Below, in pieces: positions 17,944-37,330 of a DNA stretch of 64,000 nucleotides. How positions within the stretch are numbered: the stretch's first letter is position 1; each line of letters starts with the position of its first letter. The translations under genes and the position numbers were made by a program. The notes under the pieces were generated by a model, which was not told the DNA's origin, made no database searches, and saw only the letters and a list, made by a program, of their open reading frames with translations. The stretch lies in the NCBI GenBank assembly GCA_963693365.1, contig CAVNZM010000018.1, forward strand, positions 1,297,861 to 1,361,860, read 5' to 3'. This DNA is from Amoebidium appalachense (lineage: Eukaryota; Protista; Ichthyosporea).

Positions 17944-19174
17944 ACATATGATTCCGTGTGTGCGTGTGCACGCTGCACACATGCACACGTACGTGCAACG
18001 TATGTACGTACGGCGTGTACACGTGTGTGTGTGTGTGTGTGCGTGTGTGTGCGTGTGGTTGTGTGTGTGTGTGTGACGGACGTCACGGTGTGTGTCACTG
18101 CATGTGTGCACATGTGTGTGTGTGTGTGCGTGTGTGTGTGCATGTGCACGTGTGTGTGTGTGTGCGTGTGTACACTTGTGTGTGTGCGTCACGTGTGAAC
18201 ATGTCTGCGTGTGGCTGACGGTGTGCAAGCCGGAGGATCTTCGACAGCTCGAGGGTGGCCGCCGGGGCCCCCCGGCCCCCCCCCCCCCCCCCCCCCTCAG
18301 TGACGCGCCAGCTCGCCCGCGCGCCGGCTCCGGGCCGACGTCGGCGTCCACGCCCTCAGGGCCGGCAGCCGGGCCAGGCTCCAGGCCCCGTGCCGGCCGG
18401 GGGCCCCCACTGGGGATGGGGGCCGGGATAGCACATATTAGGAAGTAGTATCTCGTATCTGATTGGGCATAATTGCATCGTCAGGAATGCATTCGAACCC
18501 TGGAGGGCTGCGCGCCGGCAGCCTGAATAGCCTATACCGAAAGTTATTGTTATCAAAAAAAGCTGCGTGGCACATATAACTGGATTTTTCTTTGATAACA
18601 TGTACGTGAAATATGTATAAAACATTTATGCCTTATAATTCAGAGGGACGGGGCTAGCGACTAATCTTAGTATGTACGCCCTCACCTGTAGCGCTGTGCA
18701 GAGGGTGACCACGCCCTGTGCGGCTCACTCAGTATCAGGTACGCCGTTTTTGATTGGCTATAAAAGCATCCACGTTCTGGATTGGTGGGTTGCGCATCGT
18801 TTTTCGAAGGAACATGGAAACAGAAGACTCAGACAAAAAAGAATCACAAAATCACCCATCCATCAAAGCGTCATAAAGTAACCTACACTTGTTCCTTCCT
18901 GAAACCTTCGTTTTTTGGCCCTCAATCAAAATCGTGCTTTTTGTAGGTACTGTAGGGTCACGGGTGCATTGACATACCCGAAGACGAATTTCGAAAGCCT
19001 AGACCCGAAATATCAGCCAACTGGTGTCGATACATCATTGCATTTTGTTGTTGAGTAGTGTGACACATAGGATCATGTATCGTTGATGGTGCCCATCACT
19101 GCTAAATTTTGCACCATAAGGCACACAATGACAATACAACAAAGCCATTTTTCACGTTTTAGTTGTGCTTGAAA

Positions 19175-27410
<8,236 letters not shown>

Positions 27411-28596
27411 ACCAACCACCACTTAAACCATTTTTTAACCACCGCCACTTCTACTATCATAAACCAACCGCCACTTCTTGAATTCAACAACCACCATTTA
27501 AACCATTCTAGCGGCTAGGCGGCAAGCCACATTTGTGTGACATTATTCTGGGCACGATTTTCACGCAGCCGTTTAGGCGCCCAGAAATGGGCGCAAGAAG
27601 AGGCTGGGCTGCAGCTGGCTCTGTGTTGTATGTCGACATCAACAACAACAATGTGACACAGTTTTAATTACGCCTTTTGATTGGTTAGAGATATCTGAGT
27701 AATGTGGCTCTCGGGTGCTCCCCGCTTACTAACTTTGGCACCAAAATGGGAGAAGAGGTAGTGGGTTTAGGGCCCAAGTTGGTAATTCACGTCATGGTGC
27801 CATAATGACGTAAGTGTGATATATATAATAACTGGGGGATGTCACCGAGGACAATGATTGGTTTTTCCTATATATGGAAGTTGACTTTTTTAAATTAGGC
27901 AGCTGTATTGGGGGGGGGGGGGGGGGGGGGGGGGGAGGGGAGGGTTTACGTTAAGGCATTTACGATGGAATGCTTGCGTTGCGTGATATGGCAACATTGT
28001 CGTTTATGTGTCTTTGTTGAAAACAGTGTACGTATTCCATATTTGATGATTGTTATTAAGGTTTCTAGAGAGTAGAGTTTACGCTATATCAGATGCTACT
28101 TTTAGGAAAGGGCTTTTAAATTTAGAGGTGCCTTTAAAAGAATGTGTTTGTCATATTTAGTGTCACATGTACAGGGTTCGAATGTGTTGTTCTAGGGTGT
28201 TGTTTTAAGTAGAACGTATGCCATTTATTTCATGATTTTATAATATCTACAGAAACGTGTGTAGGCCATATCCGAATGCTGCAAGGGGTTTTCAAGAATC
28301 CAACTGTTTGCGAAATGAGTCCGTGATGAATGTGTGAAAAACGGTTAAGAATGACTCAATCACGCTCACCTGGAATGTATATATGCTCTGCCTATTACTG
28401 TAAATCTGTAACCAATTGCAAGTGGCTATTTTTATGTAAATATGCTCAGCCTGAATGTATTTATGAGTGAAATACCAAGCTTGAATACTATTTTCTACTA
28501 TCCCATTCTCGAAGAATTGACACAAGTTCTGCCTCCTGAGGATAGAGTGTTTTGAAGTTCTCCATGCTACACTGTGCCATGATATAGCAGATATAT

Positions 28597-28665
<69 letters not shown>

Positions 28666-28946
28666 ACACAAACACGTACACAGATACACGTACACACACA
28701 CGCACAATCAGAAGTCTTTTTTCCGAGTGTTTGCACTAGTCTAAGCGACTTGGAGAAACGACTGCTTGTGCACTGCCAGGTGGGAAGCAATAGGAACGAC
28801 CATAATTATTTGATGATTTGAGATTTTGAAACTTTATTGGTTATTATCCAATGACAGGGGACTCTCTGCCAAGTTGTTGGTTCGTAATGGTGCACAGTGC
28901 CTTTAGCAACCAACAACCGGGTGCCTGACAGTGCCCCCTCTCCGCT

Positions 28947-28983
<37 letters not shown>

Positions 28984-29452
28984 CCACCCCCACATTTCGC
29001 ACCCAGTACGTGCGCTGTGACGGGCACACGGTGACCCCACATCTGAGCCACACACGATGACCGGGCTTCCGCCAGAAATTTTTCGAAAATTTTCCCTTCC
29101 CCCCCACCCCCTCTCCTCCTCCTCCTCCCCCCCCCCCCCCCCACCCTTTTGTTAATAAGAGGGGGGAGGGGGGGGGGCTTTTGTTTATAAGAGGGGGGGG
29201 GGGGGAGGAGAAGGGAGGGGGTGGGACCCTGGGGGAATAGTCTTAGACTATCACGATGAACAAATATTAAAGGGAATGTATTTTAAGTGTGCGTGCACGA
29301 CATGCGCGCGCGCGCACGTGTGTGTGTAACATTGTGTGTGTGTGTGTGCAGTGCGTGCAGTGTGTGCGTGCGTGCGTGTATATGTGTGTGTATGTATGTG
29401 CACGCGTGCTTGTTGATGATGTGTGTATCATAGTGTGTGTAATTCTGCTTAC

Positions 29453-29484
<32 letters not shown>

Positions 29485-29821
29485 ACGCGCGCACGCGCGT
29501 GTGTTCGAATGTGTGCGATCATGCACGCGTACGGGGTGTACGTACCGGTGTGTGTACCACTGGCTGGCACGAATAAAGTGGATGGGGGTTTGCACGGGCC
29601 GGCGTTTCAATGCGTGCTTGAATGAATGAATGTATGCATGTGTTAGCGTATAAAACTGTGCTTGTAATACTTCGCGTGTATTAGCCTATAATAAAACCAC
29701 CAAAAAGTGTACACGGCGTATGATGTGCACGTGTACATGGGCGTGCCGTGCCACGTGCACACGGACGACTCTCCCTATCATGACTCGCACAGGTCTAAAC
29801 TTTCCGCCGCCAGGCCCCGCC

Positions 29822-29872
<51 letters not shown>

Positions 29873-30252
29873 GGGGGGGGGGGGGGGGGGGGGGGGAGGG
29901 GGGGGAAAGAGAGAGAGCTGGTTGCGCAGTGCATGATATACGTCGTGCTCATGCAATGCAAGTTCGTGCATGCATGTGTACACGTTGATGGCAGATACGT
30001 CTCCGATGCATGATCATGATCGATCTAGGGTGTCAAATCATCACAACTTGTGGGAGAAGAAAGGAACCGGCTTTTGCTACATAAAACAAAAGAAAGCAAT
30101 AATTACATAAGAATGTGATTTTTGTGCGAAGGAGTAACAAAAACTTGAAAGCCTTGGAGTGTTGCCAACTTGCCGTTTCCAATGGAAACGATAAGTCGAC
30201 ACACAGTCACGTTGACACACTCACAGTCCGAAGAGATGAAGAGCAGGCCAGT

Positions 30253-30389
30253 CTAGGGAGCACATTCCTGGATAAACACAAAAGTTCACAAACTAAACCA
30301 CGTCTCAATTCCGATTGGTTGGTGGCACTTCATCGGCCTGTAAGAATCTTAAATCACATTCCTGCGTTCGCGGCCGCCAGGTATATAAA
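30253..30389 (+). promoter_or_regulatory. Conserved promoter module of family gene A1
   Basis: CTAGGGAGCACATTCCTGGATAAACA (30253-30278), ATTGG (30314-30318) and TATATAA (30382-30388), 80 nt before the ATG. The same order is found upstream of the other paralogues. Confidence 0.7.
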
Positions 30390-30461
30390 GGCGCATTCGA
30401 TCGTCACAACAGACACATCCAAACGTCCAAGTTCCCAAGAACACACACAAAAACACACACG

Positions 30462-31097
30462 ATGGCTTCCAAAACCATCAACCGCCCTGAGACGTACGAA
30501 GCCATCTGCTCAATCCCATGGTCCGGTAACCCCCAGCCCGATATTGTGGCCGAAATCTGCAAGGCGCTTTTTTTCTGCGACCCCCGCGTGGAAGTATGCA
30601 GCCCGTACTCCCCAGGAGCCGCAATGAACCGCCGCAGCCCCGAAATTCAAACCCACACAGAAACAGAAAACGATAAACTCTCTTCTTCCAACATGCCCGT
30701 GCCCCTCTCCGACGACATTGACTGCTTCGCCCCCAACCCACCACCCATCATTGCTGAGATCTGCAAAGAACTCATTCACTGCGACCCAAGCGTTGAAGAT
30801 TGCAGACCGGCCCCAGCCCCAGCTGGCCGTCGTAGTGTCCCAGCCATTGAGCCTCCCACTGACATCTTCCTTTCTTCCGCGCCTGTGCGCAGTGCACGTA
30901 CACCCAATGACATGCTTGTGCAAGGGGACTCTGCAAATGTGTCTGCGGGTGCGGGTGGGTATGTGGCTGGGATGGTGTCTGGGGGGTTGCTGGTTGCGTT
31001 GGTGTCGCTGCTGGTGGTGGCGGTGGCGAAGAGAAGGCAGGCAGCATCGAAGAGGAGAGTGGATCTAGATGCTGCCAGCGTGGAGAGGATGGTTTGA
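30462..31097 (+). CDS. Unknown family, type A copy 1: two 4-Cys modules plus C-terminal TM, 211 aa, intronless
   Basis: Open frame MASKTINRPETYEAICSIPWSGNPQPDIVAEICKALFFCDPRVEVCSP...RRS...DIDCFAPNPPPIIAEICKELIHCDPSVEDCRP...RRS...GGYVAGMVSGGLLVALVSLLVVAVAKRR. It has four paralogues in the window and a TATA box upstream. Confidence 0.85.
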   Translation: MASKTINRPETYEAICSIPWSGNPQPDIVAEICKALFFCDPRVEVCSPYSPGAAMNRRSPEIQTHTETENDKLSSSNMPVPLSDDIDCFAPNPPPIIAEICKELIHCDPSVEDCRPAPAPAGRRSVPAIEPPTDIFLSSAPVRSARTPNDMLVQGDSANVSAGAGGYVAGMVSGGLLVALVSLLVVAVAKRRQAASKRRVDLDAASVERMV

Positions 31098-32644
31098 TTT
31101 ACATGAAATCATATGAGCACGCTTATCTATAGGGCGAATTGCATAACGTATCATTGTTCCGTATGTATAGAATAGCAGCGATTCAATCTCGACTGTGTCC
31201 TGGCACGTACTAACTGTGCCCTCTAGCCTATGTACGAATAAATCGACGCTGGCTGACAGGTGAGTCACGTGATCAGCCGCTCTCCGGGTCGTCCGCATCC
31301 CCTTGAAAAATAAGAGCTACCTCAGAAGGTAGCAAGACTGTGTCAGTGTGGGGCTGGAATCCACTCCGTGAAGGTGATTATAAATATCCGAGCGCCTATC
31401 TATGAAGGGCAGCAGTGTACTTGAAAGAGGGAAACAGTAAAAGATTATAATAAACTCAATACTAGCACTTGCTGAATCACATGACAGCATTCCGTGGGCC
31501 CAATACCGTGTGGTAGAAAACGAACCTTGCGTGTCCGTTCTCCTTGCCCCCTCCTCCCCCCTCCCCCCCCCCTCCCCTCTTCCCCCCCCCCCCCCCTCCC
31601 CCAAAAACCCCTACCTTCTCCAAGTGGCTCTAGCCCTTCTCACAACATTCACACAGAAAAAACCACTCACACAATATCAAATGTTCTACTGGTGACGAAA
31701 CCATGGGCCAGGCTTGCAAGCTTTGTGTACACATGTACTCAGGCGGCATAATGCCAATAACACGGAAACTCAAGAATTTACTCAAATCGGAACACATGAA
31801 GGTGCACAGGCGCGTGAACACAAAAAAACGACCAGACGAGCAAACCATTCTTTAATTTGGTTGTCTCAGTCATAACTGCTGCCATTGTCTTCCTTCTCCT
31901 TCTCCTTATAAGTTTTTCGGTGTTCTTTTTTTCTTCGTTAGTGAGTGTGTGTTTATGTTTGTTGGTGTTACAGTTTTGGGGGTTGGGCGGGGAGGGGGGG
32001 GGGGGGGGGGGGGGGGGCGGGGGCGGTGGGTGAAGCCTCAGGGGGGGGGGGGGGGGTGTTTGAAGTTTATGGCGACTCATGTTTTATTAAATCGGATATG
32101 TACAACGTTCATGTAAAACAATATTACAAAATTCGATGATTGCTTCCCAATGATCATGATGTGCACATATCAAGCAAGAGAATGGCTGGTATAAACAAGA
32201 TCACTTTCGGTCAAAACTCTAGAACTTTTTTTAAACAGCCTTCTCCTATACTCCTGCATCACACTCTCTTCCAGAGCACCTTTGTACACGAACATAAACA
32301 ACCTATAGTACGTAGTACAGTAAACTTTATAATATAAAAATATTCAAATTTACAGTCTTGATGAAGTCACCACAAGTTTTTGTTTTTCTTCCAGTAGTTT
32401 AAAGTTAAGTTAGGTGCAAGTAGTGTGTCAGTGTGCGTGTGTTTGTGTTTGCGTGTGTAGGTGTGGGTGTGGGTGTGTGCTCACATATGTGTGAGTGTCA
32501 CTGTGCGAGTGTCGTGTTCGTTTTTGTGTGTGCGTGTGCATAACACGGTCGTTTGTGTTGTGTGTGGGTGGGTGTTGTATGTGGGTTTCTTTTCTTTTCT
32601 TTGTTTCTTTTTTTTTTTTTTGGGGGGGGGGGGGGGAGGGGGGG

Positions 32645-32684
<40 letters not shown>

Positions 32685-33245
32685 CGATACCTGTATGTCT
32701 GGGGAGTGTGAAGGGGGTGGGGAAACGGGGTGGGAGAAGGAGCTGGGCCGTGAGCCGTGATTGCTGTTTTGACACGGCAAGGCTGTTTTTTTTTTTTTAT
32801 TCGCGCGAAGCTTGAGCTTCATAGAGGTTTTTCTAAAGTTTCGTCCACGCTGGTAGTTAACGTTCAGAGTATTATTTGCAGTGCATGCGCATGGCACGTG
32901 CACTATGAGTGAAGTAAGAGTTTAATCAGTGATAATAAATGGGTCCCGTCCCCTCACCCCCCCCCCCCCCCCCCTCCCCCAAACAACCCGCGCAAAAAAT
33001 CGCATTGTAGCAATCGAGGCTATAGCACCCCGGAAAATTTATTCAAGGTCACCCATGATCTTTATTTCAGCCACCCGCTATAGACGTGCTCATGTGCATT
33101 ATTATGTACGTGAAACATGCAGAACGAGGCTTTGTGCCAGGTTACTCGTTACCGAAAAGATTTGTCACGTGTGAGTATTGATACTGGCAACAAAACCGTG
33201 ATCCGGTAAGGTGGTGGGGAAAAGAAGGTGGGCAGTTCTTTTTTT

Positions 33246-33284
<39 letters not shown>

Positions 33285-33719
33285 GGTGGGGGTGGGGAAG
33301 AGGGGGGTTGAGGGAGGGGTTGGGGGGAGGGGGGGGGGGGAGGGGGGTGATAGGGAGGGGGAGGGGGGGGCCGGGGGGGGGGGGGGGGGGGCTGCTACCT
33401 GTTTACCTAGTCATAGTTGGATCGTATATGCCATACAGTAATGTTGATCCGGTCCCAACTCCTGCCAATCATGCAAAATGTCGGACTCCGTTGTTAAAAT
33501 TTTATTTGACGCACTTCCCAAGCGCACACAGTGCACCTTTTTCCCTGTGGGTATCTGTCCGGCCTCATTAGACGTCTAATATTAGTACGTCGAACACCAT
33601 GCTCGCTGCTGACTGTCATGCTACCATAGTACTCTTATTGTCGACCATAGCTACTACTTATTGTTGTCTGCAAAATGTGTTGAATGCCTATTTATGTTTA
33701 AACATACCCGGTGTCAAAA

Positions 33720-34595
33720 TCAAGCCATGCTCGCTGTTTCTAAGAATTCCGCAAAATCTACTCTCCTCTTCGATGCAGGCTGTCTTTTCGTCGCCACTGC
33801 CACCATCAGCAGCGCCACCAACGCAACCAGCAACCCCCCAGACACCATCCCAGCCACATACCCACCTGCACACGCAGACACATCTGCAGAGTCCCCTTGC
33901 ACGTGCATGTCAATGGGTGCACGTACACTGCGCGAAATCACGTGCACAGGCTTGTTTTCGCTCATCACGCCACCAACTACGGCGTCAAACTTGGGCGCAG
34001 TATCAGCAACACCTATTCTTTTCTCAGGGCGGACCAAACGAATTATTGGGATGTCGTTGTTGTACTCATTTTCGAGTGGGTCGCAGTGGAAGAGCACTTT
34101 GCATATTCCTGCAATTATTATATCAGGGCGATGTTTTCTGGACCATTCGATGGAGCAGTCAATGTCGTATGTGTCTTGGTGGTTTCCTTTCCAGTTCACA
34201 GAGGGGAAACCTGCGGTAGGAGGCTCTAATATGGACGAGGAGGTGCTAGTAGGTTCCATTTCAGACAGGGGGAGGGGTGCCTTTGTGGCAGCTACCCCAA
34301 TAGCAACGAGTTGTGTGTCTGCGACCGGCACAGGCCCAGGGATATTATCCCAAACTTGGGGCTTTTTGGTGGAAGAGACATCGAGGTTGCTTCTGCGATG
34401 TTGGATGGTGGCGCGGCGGCGCCTAACTGAAGGGACTGGGACATAACCGGGATCAATGATTCTACAGCCGTCATGACCTAGGGCACACGGGAAGAATGCG
34501 TTGCAGATTTCCTTAAAAATAGCGGGTTCCTTGTTGGACCAAGGAATGGAGCAATTGATGTCGTATGTGAGGCGGTTGTTGGTGGTTGAGGCCAT
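33720..34595 (-). CDS. Unknown family, type B copy 1, 291 aa, intronless, intact
   Basis: MASTTNNRLTYDINCSIPWSNKEPAIFKEICNAFFPC...RRRR...TYDIDCSIEWSRKHRPDIIIAGICKVLFHCDP...GGYVAGMVSGGLLVALVALLMVAVATKR. The C-terminal anchor is the same as in type A. Confidence 0.85.
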   Translation of the reverse strand: MASTTNNRLTYDINCSIPWSNKEPAIFKEICNAFFPCALGHDGCRIIDPGYVPVPSVRRRRATIQHRRSNLDVSSTKKPQVWDNIPGPVPVADTQLVAIGVAATKAPLPLSEMEPTSTSSSILEPPTAGFPSVNWKGNHQDTYDIDCSIEWSRKHRPDIIIAGICKVLFHCDPLENEYNNDIPIIRLVRPEKRIGVADTAPKFDAVVGGVMSENKPVHVISRSVRAPIDMHVQGDSADVSACAGGYVAGMVSGGLLVALVALLMVAVATKRQPASKRRVDFAEFLETASMA

Positions 34596-34674
34596 CTTGT
34601 GTGGTTGTGTGTGGTTCCTTGGAACTGGGATTGACTGTAAGGCGATTTACTGATTGATGCTGTTGTCAGGATCG

Positions 34675-34787
34675 TTTATATACTCAGCGGTCCGGATGAT
34701 TGGAATGTTTACAGGCCGATTAGAATTCGCCAGCCAATCGACGATTAGATTGTTCTGTTTGTTGTTTATCCTGGATGTGCTCCCTAG
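34675..34787 (-). promoter_or_regulatory. Conserved promoter module of gene B1
   Basis: Minus strand reads CTAGGGAGCACATCCAGGATAAACA (34787-34763), ATTGG (34738-34734) and TATATAAA (34682-34675). Confidence 0.65.
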
Positions 34788-35384
34788 ATAAAAAGATCCG
34801 GTCACTTTCAATTTTTTTCCAATTTGTTGAATACTTTCCAAAGTACCCAAGGCATATGTCTTTTTGTCAAATTATTTTTTTATTTGTAGTTGCTCTGATT
34901 GCATGCGCTCCTCACGTCTTCCGGAAGTTCCCTGACCACTTGGCTTGATTGTTCACAACCCTGTCCCTGACTCCCTACCAATCATTCCTGCCGATCTGAA
35001 TGTAGGGTTTGAATTATTGAACGGTATGTACATAGCGATAGATAATTTTTCCATGTAACACTGCCAAAACTGTATTTGCACACTGTGTGAGCTGGAGTTA
35101 CGCTGTCGTTTATATAATCTCTGAATACATTTCTGATCTCGAAGGTCTAGGTGAATGACCGGCAATTGCAAGCACACACGTATACGTGTGCAGGGTGTCA
35201 CATCATCAATGATTTGGTGGAGAAAGGAACCGGGTTGTACCCAAAATGAAAAAGCATAAGAAATAACAATACAATTGGTTACGGCGTCCTAATGGAAAAC
35301 AGAAAACTCGCACTGAAGTTGGGGTGTGTTATGAGAAGGAAAGCGACATTCCTTGATGCTTGAAGAGGTGAAGATGGAGCCGGT

Positions 35385-35487
35385 CTAGGGAGCACATTCC
35401 AGGATAAACACAAACTTGAAGCAAAACTATCGATTGGCTGGTGGCTCTCCATTGGCCTGTGAAGTATTCGATCGCCAGGTATATAAA
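35385..35487 (+). promoter_or_regulatory. Conserved promoter module of gene A2
   Basis: CTAGGGAGCACATTCCAGGATAAACA (35385-35410), ATTGG (35433-35437) and TATATAA (35480-35486). Confidence 0.65.
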
Positions 35488-35572
35488 CCCGCCTACCCCA
35501 CCAAATTCGATCATTACAACAGACATCATCCCGGTTTCCCAGTTCCAAGGAACGCACATAACAACACACACG

Positions 35573-36360
35573 ATGGCTTCCAACACCAATACCCTCGGCA
35601 TGTACGACGTCATCTGCTCACTCCCATGGTCCACGAACCCTCAGTCCGATATCATGGCCCAAATCTGCAAGGCACTTTTTCACTGCGACCCCCGTGTGGA
35701 AGTAAGCAGCCCGTACTCCCCAGGCGCCGCATTGAACCGCCGCAGCGCGGAAATTCAAACCCCCCACAGAAGCAGAAAACGATAAACTGTCTTCTTCCAA
35801 CATGCCCATGCCCCTAACCGACACCGAACTTGTTGCTGTTGGGGTAGCTGCTACAAATACCTTCGCCGCACCTCAAACTGAACCAATCACCTCTGACTCT
35901 GTCACCGTTAAACCCGACGGCCCTCTAAAAGAAGAATCTCCCCTTCTTTCAAATCCGCAGGCCTTGCGCCTAGACAAAAACGACATTGACTGCTCCTCCC
36001 CCAACCCACCACCTATCATTGCAGAGATTTGCAAAGCACTCAATCTGCGACCCAAATGTTCAAGAATGCAGACCGGCCCCAGCCCCAGCTGCCCGTCGTA
36101 GTGTCCCAATCTTTGAGCATCACACAGACACCTTCCCCTCTTCTGCGCGTGTGCGCAGTGCACGTGCCCCCAAATACATGCATGTGCAAGGGGACTCTGC
36201 AGATGTGTCTGCGGGTGCGGTTGGGTATGTGGCTGGGATGGTGTCTGGGGGGTTGCTCGTTGCGTTGGTCGCGCTGCTGGTGGTGGCCACCACCAGAAGA
36301 CAGGCTGCATCCAAGAGGAGAGTTGATCTAGATGCTGCCAGCGCAGAAACTATGGTTTAA
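35573..36360 (+). pseudogene. Unknown family, type A copy 2, frameshifted
   Basis: Homology to A3 is split over three ORFs (35573-35785, 35802-36101, 35986-36360). There is a +1 in a C run at ~35760-35765 and a 2-nt loss at ~36042-36046 (CTCAATCTGC against CTCGAGCACTGC in A3). Confidence 0.7.
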
Positions 36361-36476
36361 GCTACACGAAACACATAGGTATGGTTCGTTCATGAATCTA
36401 TGAAATTGCTTACCAATAGGTGGAATAGGCAGAATTAAAATTTTCATTATAGTACAGTAATTAACCATCTATATAT

Positions 36477-37330
36477 CAAGCACCATTGATTCACTCACAG
36501 CCCAGCTAAACATTAGTGGATCGCAAAACCCCAAAACTCATGAGCAAACATCTCGCGACGGAGACATTTCCACCCCAACACAAAACAACACAGGACCGGA
36601 AGCACAGCTCCCGGCAGAGTTCCTAGAATATGCGAACTCTCGTAAAACACCCGAGCTCCGCCAAATTGCCAAGGAAACATATGCCAGCATTCTTGCAGGC
36701 AACGAGTACCGCCGCAACTCCCCTCCCAAACCGCCGGCTAAGGGGAACACCCAAGCAAACGGTAACATCAACATCCCACCCAAATACGAGAGGGTGTATT
36801 TCAAAGTAAAGCACGGCAGACGCCCACACAGGGCCATGTGGTCCATCTTCAAGGCTCTCGGCTTTCGGTGCTCTCGCATCCTTTGTCTGTCCTTCATTGG
36901 ATACGATGTGCTGGAAGTAGCAGTACGGGGCGACTATAACCGTGCGTTCATCCGAGACGCGACAAAGGGGTGTGGAAGCTTCTTCACCCACCTCCCAAGC
37001 TACGACCCATGCGCGCCGGAAAACATTCAGAAAGCAGACAAAGAACGTAAAGTGTCTGCTAAGAATGCGTGCGCCACACGTTGTCGTGTACGCATCAGCA
37101 AGGCAAAAGAGTTCCTCGCAAAGTTGGAAAACGATGCTACGAGCGTGATAGACACGGACACGAAGGAACCAATGTTTTCTGGTGAGAAACTGCTCGAGCG
37201 CAAACGCCGATGCGAGATGGAAATCGAGCTCTTCTGCGAACTGTTCGCGCTGGCGGAAGGTCGTGCATACGACCCCGTAAGCGACAAGTGGGAACCAACC
37301 CCACAGGTGTCGGACCAAACCGATGCCTAA
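36477..37330 (+). CDS. LINE ORF1, N-terminally truncated (no ATG at its 5' end)
   Basis: Frame is open from ~36461 to TAA at 37330: ...YERVYFKVKHGRRPHRAMWSIFKALGFRCSRILCLSFIGYDVLEVAVRGDY...SYDP.... It overlaps the ORF2 start by 8 nt (ATGCCTAA). Confidence 0.7.

Noticed and set aside
30315-30461. 49-aa N-terminal extension of A1 in the ORF track
   Set aside because: It starts at TTG upstream of the TATA box and is not conserved as protein in the paralogues. ATG 30462 aligns with all other copies.
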